From assembly GCA_028696805.1 (NCBI GenBank), contig JAQVGI010000001.1:1-49107 (forward strand): a stretch of DNA of 49,107 bases, given 5' to 3'. Each line of letters starts with the position of its first letter. The first letter of the stretch is position 1. This stretch comes from Alphaproteobacteria bacterium (GTDB lineage Bacteria > Pseudomonadota > Alphaproteobacteria > CAAHEQ01 > UBA3637). Under the pieces are notes generated by a model, which was given only the letters and a program-made list of their open reading frames with translations, made no database searches and had not been told where the DNA came from. Made by a program: the position numbers and the translations under genes. Positions 17,398-25,582 of this stretch are shown here, piece after piece.

Positions 17398-17410
17398 TTA
17401 TGCGCGCCGC

Positions 17411-18547
17411 TTATTCGTCAATGGTAACGCTCGCGCCGTTGACGATTTTTTGCAGGGTGAGCGGCGGGAACAGAATCTCCCCGTTTTCGTCCACATCCAA
17501 TGTCCCGAACGGCGTTTTCATCCCTTTGGCAACGACCGGGATTGTTTTGACGACGTCCAGGGGGACCGGCTTTGCACCCGCATTGGCCGGCGCGGCCTCG
17601 AACGCGGCGGTCAGGACGGAAAGCAATCCGTATATATATTCGCTGTAATAGGTGCCGTCCACGTTGGCGATGCGCATAACGCGTTGCGCGAATGCCGGAT
17701 CAGCTTTGACGTGGTCATAATTCCACATCCCCTCGACCAGGGTCTTGTCGGAAACGGTGTTGATGGTTTGAAAGCCCGTGATGGGCAGGTTCAACCCGAT
17801 TTCCCGGGCTTGTCTGATAAAAATGCCATTTTCGGGCGGCAGCGACATCAACACAATCGTATCGGCGCCGGCATTTTTTATCTTATACAACAGGATGCGG
17901 AAATCCCGCTCACCCGGGTTGAAATAGTGGGGTTTTCCGACGATTTTAATTCCGTCCCGTTTTGCCAATTCGTTCACGAATGCTTCCCCGTAAACAATGT
18001 TGGCGGTTTCATTCGCAATAACGACAGCGACTTTTTTCGACCCGTCGCGCACCAGTTTATCCGCTATTTTTTTTGCAATGACATTCACATTCGACGACAT
18101 GCGCAGATTATAATCGCCGGCACCGGCACGCGGATCGACCGCCCAGACGAGCTGAATCACCTTTTCCTGCTCGGCGGTGGGGTTGATGGCCAAGGCGAAA
18201 GAGGAGAAAATACCCCCAACCGCGTCCAGCTTATACAAGGCGTGCAGGCGTTTGAAAGCGAGGACGGCCTTTTGCGCGGACAGCTGCGCATCTTCGCACA
18301 GGACTTCGTAATTGTATTTGGCGTCCGGATGGGCGGCGCGGAAATCGGACAGGAACATGTCGGATACTTTTTGGGCGACCTGGCCGTAAATGCCCGCGTC
18401 CCCCGTCATCGGCAAAATCAGGGCGATGCGGACGACCGGCTTGTCGTTCGGATGGACGGGCGCCTGCGGTTTGAAATGCAGCGCGAGCAAAACAAGCGCA
18501 ACCGCCGCGATACACCCGGCGATGAGGTAAATGATTTTTTTGGTCAT
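17411..18547 (-). CDS. Periplasmic binding protein type 1 (Leu/Ile/Val-binding-like ABC substrate-binding protein), membrane-anchored
   Basis: 378 aa with an N-terminal hydrophobic anchor. KPVVRIALILPMTGDAGIYG and NPGERDFRILLYKI are typical of the LivJ-like SBP fold. Paralogous to 39860..40954. No permease or ATPase gene is adjacent. Confidence 0.75.
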   Translation of the reverse strand: MTKKIIYLIAGCIAAVALVLLALHFKPQAPVHPNDKPVVRIALILPMTGDAGIYGQVAQKVSDMFLSDFRAAHPDAKYNYEVLCEDAQLSAQKAVLAFKRLHALYKLDAVGGIFSSFALAINPTAEQEKVIQLVWAVDPRAGAGDYNLRMSSNVNVIAKKIADKLVRDGSKKVAVVIANETANIVYGEAFVNELAKRDGIKIVGKPHYFNPGERDFRILLYKIKNAGADTIVLMSLPPENGIFIRQAREIGLNLPITGFQTINTVSDKTLVEGMWNYDHVKADPAFAQRVMRIANVDGTYYSEYIYGLLSVLTAAFEAAPANAGAKPVPLDVVKTIPVVAKGMKTPFGTLDVDENGEILFPPLTLQKIVNGASVTIDE

Positions 18548-18548
18548 T

Positions 18549-18866
18549 TCAGACCCCCTTTGATTTTATCCATTGGGCGAGCTCGGATTTCTGCAAGGCG
18601 CCCGTCTGCTGCGCCACGACTTTGCCGTCCTTGAACAGAATCAGCGTCGGAATCGATTGAATGTCATACTTGCCGGCAATGACGGGCGATTCGTCGACAT
18701 CCAGCTTGACAATCTTGACCTGCCCCGCCATCTCGGCGGCCAGTTCCGTCACGACCGGCAGCATCAGGCGGCACGGGCCGCACCAAATCGCGAAAAAATC
18801 CACCAGGACGGGGAGCTTGGCCTTCAAGACTTCGGTTTCAAAATTCGTATCGTTGACAATTTCCAT
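18549..18866 (-). CDS. trxA: Thioredoxin
   Basis: 105 aa. Active site WCGPC; canonical length. Confidence 0.95.
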   Translation of the reverse strand: MEIVNDTNFETEVLKAKLPVLVDFFAIWCGPCRLMLPVVTELAAEMAGQVKIVKLDVDESPVIAGKYDIQSIPTLILFKDGKVVAQQTGALQKSELAQWIKSKGV

Positions 18867-18916
18867 CGTGTTCCTTTCTGTGTATTTGTTTTATATAAAG
18901 GTTATATCCATTAAAG

Positions 18917-19945
18917 TCAAGCCCTTTCATCCAACGGCCAGCGGGGGCGCGGCTTGAATGTCAGATCGTCGGTGAGCCCGCATTTCAACCGCTCGACGCC
19001 CGCCCAGGCGATCATCACGCCGTTGTCCGTGCACAATTTAATCGGCGGCGCGGAAAAAACAAGCCCGTTCTTGCGCGCCAGTTCTTCAAAAACCCCGCGG
19101 ACGGCTTGATTGGCCGCGACTCCGCCGGATACGACCAGATCCCGCGCATCGGGATATTTGTGTCGAAAAACCTCGATTGCATGCACCATCCTGTCTTGGA
19201 ACTGGGTGCATACGGCGCGCTGAAACGACGCGCAGATGTCGTTTTTATCTTGCTCGGTCAGTGCGCCCTGCCTTTCGACGCATACGCGGACGGCGGTCTT
19301 CAATCCCGAAAAGGAAAAATCGCACCCGACCCGCCCTTTCATCGGCACGGGAAACCGGAACCTTTTCGCATCGCCGAGCCCCGCGCGCTTTTCGACGGCC
19401 GGCCCGCCGGGGTAGCCGATGTCCAGCATCTTGGCGACTTTGTCGAAGCATTCGCCGGCGGAATCGTCGATTGTCGCGCCCAGCTTTTCATACGCTCCGA
19501 CGCCTTTGACAATCAAAACCTGGCAGTGCCCGCCGGAGGTCAGCAGCAGCAGATACGGAAACGCGACCGGATGCGTCAGGCGCGCCATCAGCGCGTGCCC
19601 TTCCAGATGGTTCACGGCGATGAACGGAAGATCGTGCGCCAGGGAAATCGCCTTCGCCGTCATCACGCCGACCAGGACACCGCCGATCAGCCCCGGGCCG
19701 CCGGCGACCGCGACCGCGTCCAAATCCGCCCATGTTTTGCCCGATTGCTTCAAGGCCTCCCCGATGATGATGTCGGCCTTTTCCAAATGCGCGCGCGCGG
19801 CGATTTCGGGGACGACGCCACCGAAGCGGCGGTGCTCGTCATACTGCGACCACACGACGGAGGACAGGACGGCGCGGTTCTCGTCGACCACCGCGCAGGC
19901 CGTTTCATCGCAGCTTGTCTCAATGCCGATGACAACGCGCGTCAT
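18917..19945 (-). CDS. tsaD: tRNA N6-adenosine threonylcarbamoyltransferase TsaD
   Basis: 342 aa. GIETSCDETA, NHLEGH, SGGVAAN motifs. Confidence 0.95.
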   Translation of the reverse strand: MTRVVIGIETSCDETACAVVDENRAVLSSVVWSQYDEHRRFGGVVPEIAARAHLEKADIIIGEALKQSGKTWADLDAVAVAGGPGLIGGVLVGVMTAKAISLAHDLPFIAVNHLEGHALMARLTHPVAFPYLLLLTSGGHCQVLIVKGVGAYEKLGATIDDSAGECFDKVAKMLDIGYPGGPAVEKRAGLGDAKRFRFPVPMKGRVGCDFSFSGLKTAVRVCVERQGALTEQDKNDICASFQRAVCTQFQDRMVHAIEVFRHKYPDARDLVVSGGVAANQAVRGVFEELARKNGLVFSAPPIKLCTDNGVMIAWAGVERLKCGLTDDLTFKPRPRWPLDERA

Positions 19946-20319
19946 TTTGCGTCTCTCCTCAAATGAAGCATCACAGCCCCTCCGTCATTCAACCATTTGA
20001 ATCGTATGATTTTATCTTTGAACTGCGGGGTGGACAGCCAGCCCTCGAACTCATGTTTAATCGCGCCGCCGCCACTGACGCCTCGCCCCGTAATGAAAGT
20101 AATCTGCTTCGTGCCCGCCTGCCGGTGCAGGGTCAGGAAATGCGCGAAAGCGCGGTGGGCCTCTTCAAGCGTCAACCCGTGCAGATCCAGCGTCTCCCGG
20201 AGCTCCCGCCGCGGAGCAGCCGTCACATGCAGGCGTTTCGGCATATCCGGCATGCGCGCCGTCCGCCGTCCGCGCAGCGGCGCGATGTTCTGCTTCAATT
20301 TTTCCCAAACCTCGTCCAT
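19942..20319 (-). CDS. Smr/MutS2-C domain protein
   Basis: 125 aa. LDLHGLTLEEA and ITGRG are characteristic of the Smr domain. ATGA overlap with tsaD. Confidence 0.8.
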   Translation of the reverse strand: MDEVWEKLKQNIAPLRGRRTARMPDMPKRLHVTAAPRRELRETLDLHGLTLEEAHRAFAHFLTLHRQAGTKQITFITGRGVSGGGAIKHEFEGWLSTPQFKDKIIRFKWLNDGGAVMLHLRRDAK

Positions 20320-20322
20320 GCT

Positions 20323-21348
20323 CTATTCCTTCGGCAGCAGCAGATAATACGACCCAGCGCTTTTCATCCGGCCGGCCTTGTGGAACGACATATCCCCGTG
20401 CCCCCAGAAGAAATCCGCCCGGATGGGACCTTTGATCGCGCTGCCCACATCCTGGGCGACGACCAGGCGCTTCAACGGATAGCCGTCGGGATCGCGCGTG
20501 TCCAAAAACATCGGCGTGTGCATCGGAATATACGCGTCGTCGACGGCCACCGAGCGCAGCGGCGTCAGCACGGCGCCTGAAGCGCCGACAGGCGTCTGTC
20601 CGGCGATTTTCCTGAAATAAATATAGCGCGGATTTTTGGCCAGCAGCTCCCGCACCCTGTCCGGATTTTGGCGTAGCCACGCCCGCATCTCGGTCATGGA
20701 GCGGCGCACGGATTTCGGCACGCCCTCCTCGTCCATAATCCGGCTCAATGCCTTGAAGGTGTGGCCGTTGTTGCCGGCGTATCCCAGCCGGATTTCGCCG
20801 TCCGGCGTCTTGACGCGGCCGGAGCCCTGCACGTGCAGGATGAACAGGTCGACCGGATCGTCCGCCCAGGCGATGACCGGCGCGTCGAAAGAGCCGTGGC
20901 GCTCGATTTCGGCGCGACGCAATCCTGTGTGGCGCTTGTTGGCCGGCATGCCGTAAATCGGCCGCTGGGTGTCGTCCCGCTTTGTCCGCGTGCCGGTCAA
21001 CTCCGCCTCGTAATACCCGGTGATGACGCCTGTGTCCGCCCCGTTCGAAACAACCCGATACGGCGTCAGGTGCTTTTCAATATGCGCGCGCAGCCGATCG
21101 GGCGTCTGGCCATGTCCGGGCAGGCCGTCGCAAAAGCCCTTCATCGCGGCGGTCGGCTTCCGGCAGGATTGCGCTAGCGCCGGCGCGGCTTCCAAAACCT
21201 TGTCCTCCCGCCAGCCGGGCAGCCGGGCATAGGACACTTTCTCCAAATGGAACGCGCGCCCGCGCGACAGCCGGTGCCTTTCGGAACATCCGGCCAGCAA
21301 CACCGCCGCGACGATGCCCGCCACAACCAGACTACGCATGCGGCCCAC
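20323..21348 (-). CDS. mltA: Murein transglycosylase A (MltA) lipoprotein
   Basis: 341 aa. Lipobox LLAGCS (start may be ATG 21339). MltA and 3D-domain motifs: FILHVQGSGRV, LRSVAVD, AQDVGSAIKG. Confidence 0.88.
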   Translation of the reverse strand: MGRMRSLVVAGIVAAVLLAGCSERHRLSRGRAFHLEKVSYARLPGWREDKVLEAAPALAQSCRKPTAAMKGFCDGLPGHGQTPDRLRAHIEKHLTPYRVVSNGADTGVITGYYEAELTGTRTKRDDTQRPIYGMPANKRHTGLRRAEIERHGSFDAPVIAWADDPVDLFILHVQGSGRVKTPDGEIRLGYAGNNGHTFKALSRIMDEEGVPKSVRRSMTEMRAWLRQNPDRVRELLAKNPRYIYFRKIAGQTPVGASGAVLTPLRSVAVDDAYIPMHTPMFLDTRDPDGYPLKRLVVAQDVGSAIKGPIRADFFWGHGDMSFHKAGRMKSAGSYYLLLPKE

Positions 21349-21901
21349 CGCTTTGGGTGGCGCAGACGACCCAGTGATTATTCTTCGTTTTCTTGAATGT
21401 CCAGATGTCCGACACGACGGCGACAGTCATCGGATCGCCTTCGAGCACCTGCCCGGCGGCGTCCTTCAACAGGTTTATCTGCTCGGTCGTGAAGGCGACC
21501 CGGACCTCGTTTTCTTTCTTTTCCTTGACTTTGACGGAGTTGAAGGAAATCAGCTTGAAATCGATATGCCTGTTCTGGCGGGCGTATCCGCTGGCCGCCG
21601 CGGCGAAGGCCTGATAGACCGGAGGCGTCACCAGAGGCCGGATGTCTTTCAGCTTGCCCGCCGCGACCGCATGCGCGATCCGGTTGAACAAGACGCGCGC
21701 CTGGTTCACGAAATCGGCCTCGTTCCATTGCCCGGGCGCGGATTTCGGCTGGGCGACCAGGTGCATTTCGACCACCTGCCCCGTTTCGCGCGACACCAGC
21801 CTGATTTTATCCGGCCGATTCTTGACGGCCTGAATGGACGAGGTCATTTTCCAGACGACCAGGCCGACCAGTATCAGCAAGACGATATTCCCGACAATCA
21901 T
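21332..21901 (-). CDS. Tim44-like domain protein (TimA family)
   Basis: 189 aa from ATG 21901 (SD AAGGAAAAGG); the ORF is open from a TTG at 21955. N-terminal TM helix, then a Tim44-like C-terminal domain ending ...DIWTFKKTKNNHWVVCATQ. Confidence 0.78.
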   Translation of the reverse strand: MIVGNIVLLILVGLVVWKMTSSIQAVKNRPDKIRLVSRETGQVVEMHLVAQPKSAPGQWNEADFVNQARVLFNRIAHAVAAGKLKDIRPLVTPPVYQAFAAAASGYARQNRHIDFKLISFNSVKVKEKKENEVRVAFTTEQINLLKDAAGQVLEGDPMTVAVVSDIWTFKKTKNNHWVVCATQSGGPHA

Positions 21902-22003
21902 CCTTTTCCTTTTTTTATGCTTTACATTCGCCGAAAAAATTTGTATAACGGACAATGTCAGTATATATTAAAAAAGCAATCCATTTCAAGAGGAATTTTG
22001 ACC

Positions 22004-22477
22004 ATGACCGAAAATACGCAGCAGCAACCGATTCAATTGCAGATAAACTCGCAGTATATCAAGGATTTGTCTTTCGAGGCCCCCAACCTGCCCTTTGTCC
22101 TTTTGGAAATGAAGTCGGCGCCGCTCATCACCATCGATGTGGATGTGCAGGCCCAGAAAACCAATACGCCCGACTCTTTCATCGTCGAGCTGAAAACGAA
22201 AATCAACGTTCAGCGGCAGGAAGACAAAAAAGCCATTTTCATCTGCGAGCTGATCTACGGCGGGCTGGTCGGCATCACTGCGCCGCCGGAGCATATCCAG
22301 CCGATTTTACTGGTCGAGGTACCCCACCTGCTGTTCCCGTATGCGCGCGCCATTCTGGCGAACATCACGCGCGAATCCGGGCTGCCGCCGCTGCAAATCA
22401 ATCCGATCGATTTCGCCGGGCTGTATCGCTCCAAGCTGGCGGCCGTCGCGCAGGAGCCGGAGAAAAAGGACGCGTAA
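22004..22477 (+). CDS. secB: Protein-export chaperone SecB
   Basis: 157 aa. YIKDLSFEAPN, LLVEVPHLLFPYARAILANITRESGLPPLQINPIDF. Confidence 0.93.
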   Translation: MTENTQQQPIQLQINSQYIKDLSFEAPNLPFVLLEMKSAPLITIDVDVQAQKTNTPDSFIVELKTKINVQRQEDKKAIFICELIYGGLVGITAPPEHIQPILLVEVPHLLFPYARAILANITRESGLPPLQINPIDFAGLYRSKLAAVAQEPEKKDA

Positions 22478-22480
22478 GCC

Positions 22481-23419
22481 ATGCTCAAATTGTTTTTGTT
22501 CCCCATTTTTTTAGGCGCGCTGCTCATCGGCGGCATCGGCTATTGGCGGGGTTCAATGACAACGGCGCTGGTCGGTAGCCTGTCGTTCCTGGGCATCGGG
22601 CTGGTCGTCTGGCTGATGGCGAAAACATCGCTCGACCTGTTCCTGAAAGTCTTGAAGTATGCCCTGATCATGGCGATTCTGGGCGGCCTTTTGCTCCTGC
22701 TGGTGCGCGCCTGCTCGCGTAGCGTGCCCCCGCCCCGCCGCGCGGCGAGGGCCGTGTCGCGCATGGCTGAAAAATCCCAAAGATCCATCCCCATCCCGCC
22801 GATGCCGATCATGCAGGTGTCCGTCAAGGACAGGATCAAAAACCTCATCACGCACAACGTCATGCCGCAGGCGGGCGGCATGCTGTCGGCCGACACCCCT
22901 CCCCCGGCGAAAACGCCCCGGGTCTACACCTACCAAAGCAGCAATTTTTCCGGCGTCGCCGGCGTCGTTTACACGGGCGCCATCTTCTCGGTGGGCGGGC
23001 ACATCATCAAGCTTTACGGGATAGACGCGCCGATGCTGGAGCAAAGATGCATCTCCGGATCCGGCAGCCGGTATGACTGCGGCCGCCTGTCCCGCCAGGC
23101 GCTCAACCAGATGATCGGCGGCCGGACAATCGCCTGCCGGACCATCATCGAAGACGACCGGCGGAACTATGTGGCGACCTGCACGCTGGGAGAGAAGGAC
23201 ATCGCCTCCGAAATGGTCGCGCAAGGCTGGGCGGTCATCAACCGCCGGACGACGAACATGTATGCCGGCGAGGAAGCCCGCGCGCGCCAAAATGGGCTGG
23301 GGCTGTGGGGCGGGCGGTTCATGATGCCTGGCAAATACCGCACGATCAAGAACCAGGTGCCGACGCTGCGGTTTTATCCCAAGCAATTCAAAAAGCCATA
23401 CAAATGGGGATGGTTTTGA
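22481..23419 (+). CDS. Membrane-anchored thermonuclease (SNase-like) family protein
   Basis: 312 aa. Three or four N-terminal TM helices, a Pro/Arg-rich linker, then a C-terminal SNase-like domain: IKLYGIDAPMLEQRC...YDCG...NYVATC...EMVAQGWAV. Confidence 0.7.
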   Translation: MLKLFLFPIFLGALLIGGIGYWRGSMTTALVGSLSFLGIGLVVWLMAKTSLDLFLKVLKYALIMAILGGLLLLLVRACSRSVPPPRRAARAVSRMAEKSQRSIPIPPMPIMQVSVKDRIKNLITHNVMPQAGGMLSADTPPPAKTPRVYTYQSSNFSGVAGVVYTGAIFSVGGHIIKLYGIDAPMLEQRCISGSGSRYDCGRLSRQALNQMIGGRTIACRTIIEDDRRNYVATCTLGEKDIASEMVAQGWAVINRRTTNMYAGEEARARQNGLGLWGGRFMMPGKYRTIKNQVPTLRFYPKQFKKPYKWGWF

Positions 23420-23838
23420 TGGCCTCTCACACGATTCAATCCGAAGCAGAAACGGCGGATATCGCCCGCGCGTTCGCGTGCACGTTGAAAAAAGGGGATG
23501 TCGTCGCGTTCTACGGCGCGCTGGGCGCCGGCAAGACGACCTTTATCCGCGGCGTCATCCAATCCCTGACGACACCGGACGCCGATGTGCCGAGCCCGAC
23601 GTTCACATTGCTACAAACCTACGACACGCCGCGTTTTCCGATACACCACTTCGACATGTATCGCCTGAAAAATCAGGCGGAGGCGTATGAATTGGGAATC
23701 GAGGACGCCTTTGCGGACGGCGTGTCGTTGATCGAATGGCCGGAGCGCGTCGCGTCCCTGCTGCCGCGCCCCCATATGCGGATAGACATCGAAATCAAAG
23801 GATCCAAGCGCCACATTCACATCCGGGAGGTTCAATGA
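23419..23838 (+). CDS. tsaE: tRNA t6A biosynthesis ATPase TsaE
   Basis: 139 aa. Start shares one nucleotide with the preceding stop (TGATG). P-loop GALGAGKTTFIRG, SPTFTL, HFDMYRL. Confidence 0.9.
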   Translation: MASHTIQSEAETADIARAFACTLKKGDVVAFYGALGAGKTTFIRGVIQSLTTPDADVPSPTFTLLQTYDTPRFPIHHFDMYRLKNQAEAYELGIEDAFADGVSLIEWPERVASLLPRPHMRIDIEIKGSKRHIHIREVQ

Positions 23839-24875
23839 CGCGCGATGAAGAAATAACCGATTTCCTCGGCAAATCGGGCTGGAAAGGCGCCCGGCGCGTT
23901 CCGCTGGCGGCGGATGCGTCCCTGCGCGTCTACGACCGCGTCATGCTGGACGGCAGGACGGGCGTCCTGATGAACGTCCTGCCCGTCCGGAATGCCGAGC
24001 GGTTTCTGCCGCAGCAGCTGGTCCTGGTGCGGGAGTTCGTCATCGTCGACGGCCTGCTGCGCGACATCGGCATCCGGGCGCCGGAAATCTACGCCAAGGA
24101 CATCGACGCCGGACTGATGCTGCTGGAAGATTTCGGCGACAACAGCTTCACGCGCCTGCTGGATGCCGGCCGCGACGCGCGCGCGCTGTATCGCCTGGCG
24201 ACGGACGCCGCCATCCATATCAAGCGCAATCTCCGCCTGCCCGACAATATGATCGTGACGCACGACCCGCGGCTGATGCGCGCGGACATGCAGCACCTGC
24301 TGGACTGGGTGATTCCGTATGTGTCCCAAACCGCGTTGTCCGCCGAAGCGCTGGCCGAATACGACGCCCTGGCCGTCGATTTGATCGCCCGGATTCAGAA
24401 AATGCCCAAAGGGCTGGCGCTATATGACTACCATGTGGACAACCTGATGCTGACGCCGGACGGCGCCTGCGGCGTTTTGGATTTTCAGGATGTCCGCCTG
24501 ACCGGCGCGACATACGACATCATGTCGCTGCTGAACGACGAGCGGCGGGATGTGCCCGAAGATGTCCGCGCCGAAATGCTGGCCAGGTATTACGCCGCTT
24601 TTCCGGAGCTGGACACGCCGGAGATACGCGCGTTGAGCAACCTGCTGATTCTGGAGCGCCACATCAAGGTCGTCGGGCAGTTCACGCGGTTTTATGTCAA
24701 CGACAAGCGGGACAAATATCTGAAATACCTGCCGCTGATCTGGACGAAAATCGAGCGGCGGCTGGAAGCGCCGGAATGCCGGCCGCTGAAAAAATGGCTG
24801 GACGCCCATGTTCCGCAATCCGTCCGGTATTTGGAGCCGGATGCGCTGATCAAGCATATCAAAGGAGCGCCATGA
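23835..24875 (+). CDS. amgK: Aminoglycoside-phosphotransferase-fold kinase, AmgK-like (anomeric MurNAc/GlcNAc kinase candidate)
   Basis: 346 aa; ATGA overlap. Kinase motifs YDYHVDNLML and VLDFQD. Sits in the conserved position between tsaE and a MurU-like nucleotidyltransferase. Confidence 0.65.
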   Translation: MTRDEEITDFLGKSGWKGARRVPLAADASLRVYDRVMLDGRTGVLMNVLPVRNAERFLPQQLVLVREFVIVDGLLRDIGIRAPEIYAKDIDAGLMLLEDFGDNSFTRLLDAGRDARALYRLATDAAIHIKRNLRLPDNMIVTHDPRLMRADMQHLLDWVIPYVSQTALSAEALAEYDALAVDLIARIQKMPKGLALYDYHVDNLMLTPDGACGVLDFQDVRLTGATYDIMSLLNDERRDVPEDVRAEMLARYYAAFPELDTPEIRALSNLLILERHIKVVGQFTRFYVNDKRDKYLKYLPLIWTKIERRLEAPECRPLKKWLDAHVPQSVRYLEPDALIKHIKGAP

Positions 24876-25582
24876 TCTCCATCGCGATGATTTTGGCCGC
24901 CGGCCGCGGCGTCCGCATGAAAAACCTGACGGACAACCTGCCCAAGCCCCTGATACCCGTCCTCGGCGAACCGATCATAGACGGCATCGTCGGCAAGCTG
25001 AAAAGCCACGGCGTCGCGGACATCGTCGTGAACACATGCTATCTGGGCGAAATGATCAAGGCCGACCTGAAAAAGCATGCGGGCGTGCGGTTCCATTTTT
25101 CGGACGAGGCGGTCGCCTTGGAAACGGGCGGCGGCGTCAAAAAGGCCCTGCCCCTGCTGCTGCCGAAAGGGCGGGACGGCTTTTTCGTGACGAATGCCGA
25201 CCCTCTCTGGCGCGACAAGACGACCTCCGTTTTCGCGCAATTGGAACAGGCCTGGCGCCCCGACGCGATGGACGCCCTGCTGGCCCTGATACCGCTCGAC
25301 CAGGCGTTCGGCGATGTGTCGGACGGCAACTATTTCCTTGAAAACGGCCGCCCGCGCCGCCAGAGGCCCGGCGAAAAAAACATCCCCTATCTGTTCACCG
25401 GCATTCAGATTTTGCACCCGCGGCTGTTCGACGGCGCGCCGGACGGGGCTTTCTCGGTGCGCGACCTATATGACGCCGCCGAGAAAAAAGGCAGGCTGGG
25501 ATATATCGTCTACGACGGCGACTGGTTCCATATCGGCACGCCCGAAGCCCTGGCCGAAACGGAAAGAATCCTCTCCCCATGA
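24872..25582 (+). CDS. murU: Nucleotidyltransferase, MurU-like (MurNAc-1-P uridylyltransferase candidate)
   Basis: 236 aa; ATGA overlap. N-terminal ILAAGRGVRMKNLTDNLPKPLIPV sugar-nucleotidyltransferase signature. Confidence 0.65.
   Translation: MISIAMILAAGRGVRMKNLTDNLPKPLIPVLGEPIIDGIVGKLKSHGVADIVVNTCYLGEMIKADLKKHAGVRFHFSDEAVALETGGGVKKALPLLLPKGRDGFFVTNADPLWRDKTTSVFAQLEQAWRPDAMDALLALIPLDQAFGDVSDGNYFLENGRPRRQRPGEKNIPYLFTGIQILHPRLFDGAPDGAFSVRDLYDAAEKKGRLGYIVYDGDWFHIGTPEALAETERILSP

Noticed and set aside
21314-22477. Long ORFs that extend upstream of recognised genes: 387-aa ORF ending in secB, 493-aa ORF 10769..12250 ending in rlpA, 448-aa ORF 17288..18634, and 419-aa ORF 43410..44669.
   Set aside because: The N-terminal extensions overlap well-supported genes on the same or opposite strand and look like Arg-rich off-frame translation. 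Internal ATGs with SD sequences give proteins of canonical length (secB from 22004, rlpA from 11438). ORFs 17288..18634 and 43410..44669 are antisense to the SBP gene and to nagZ respectively.
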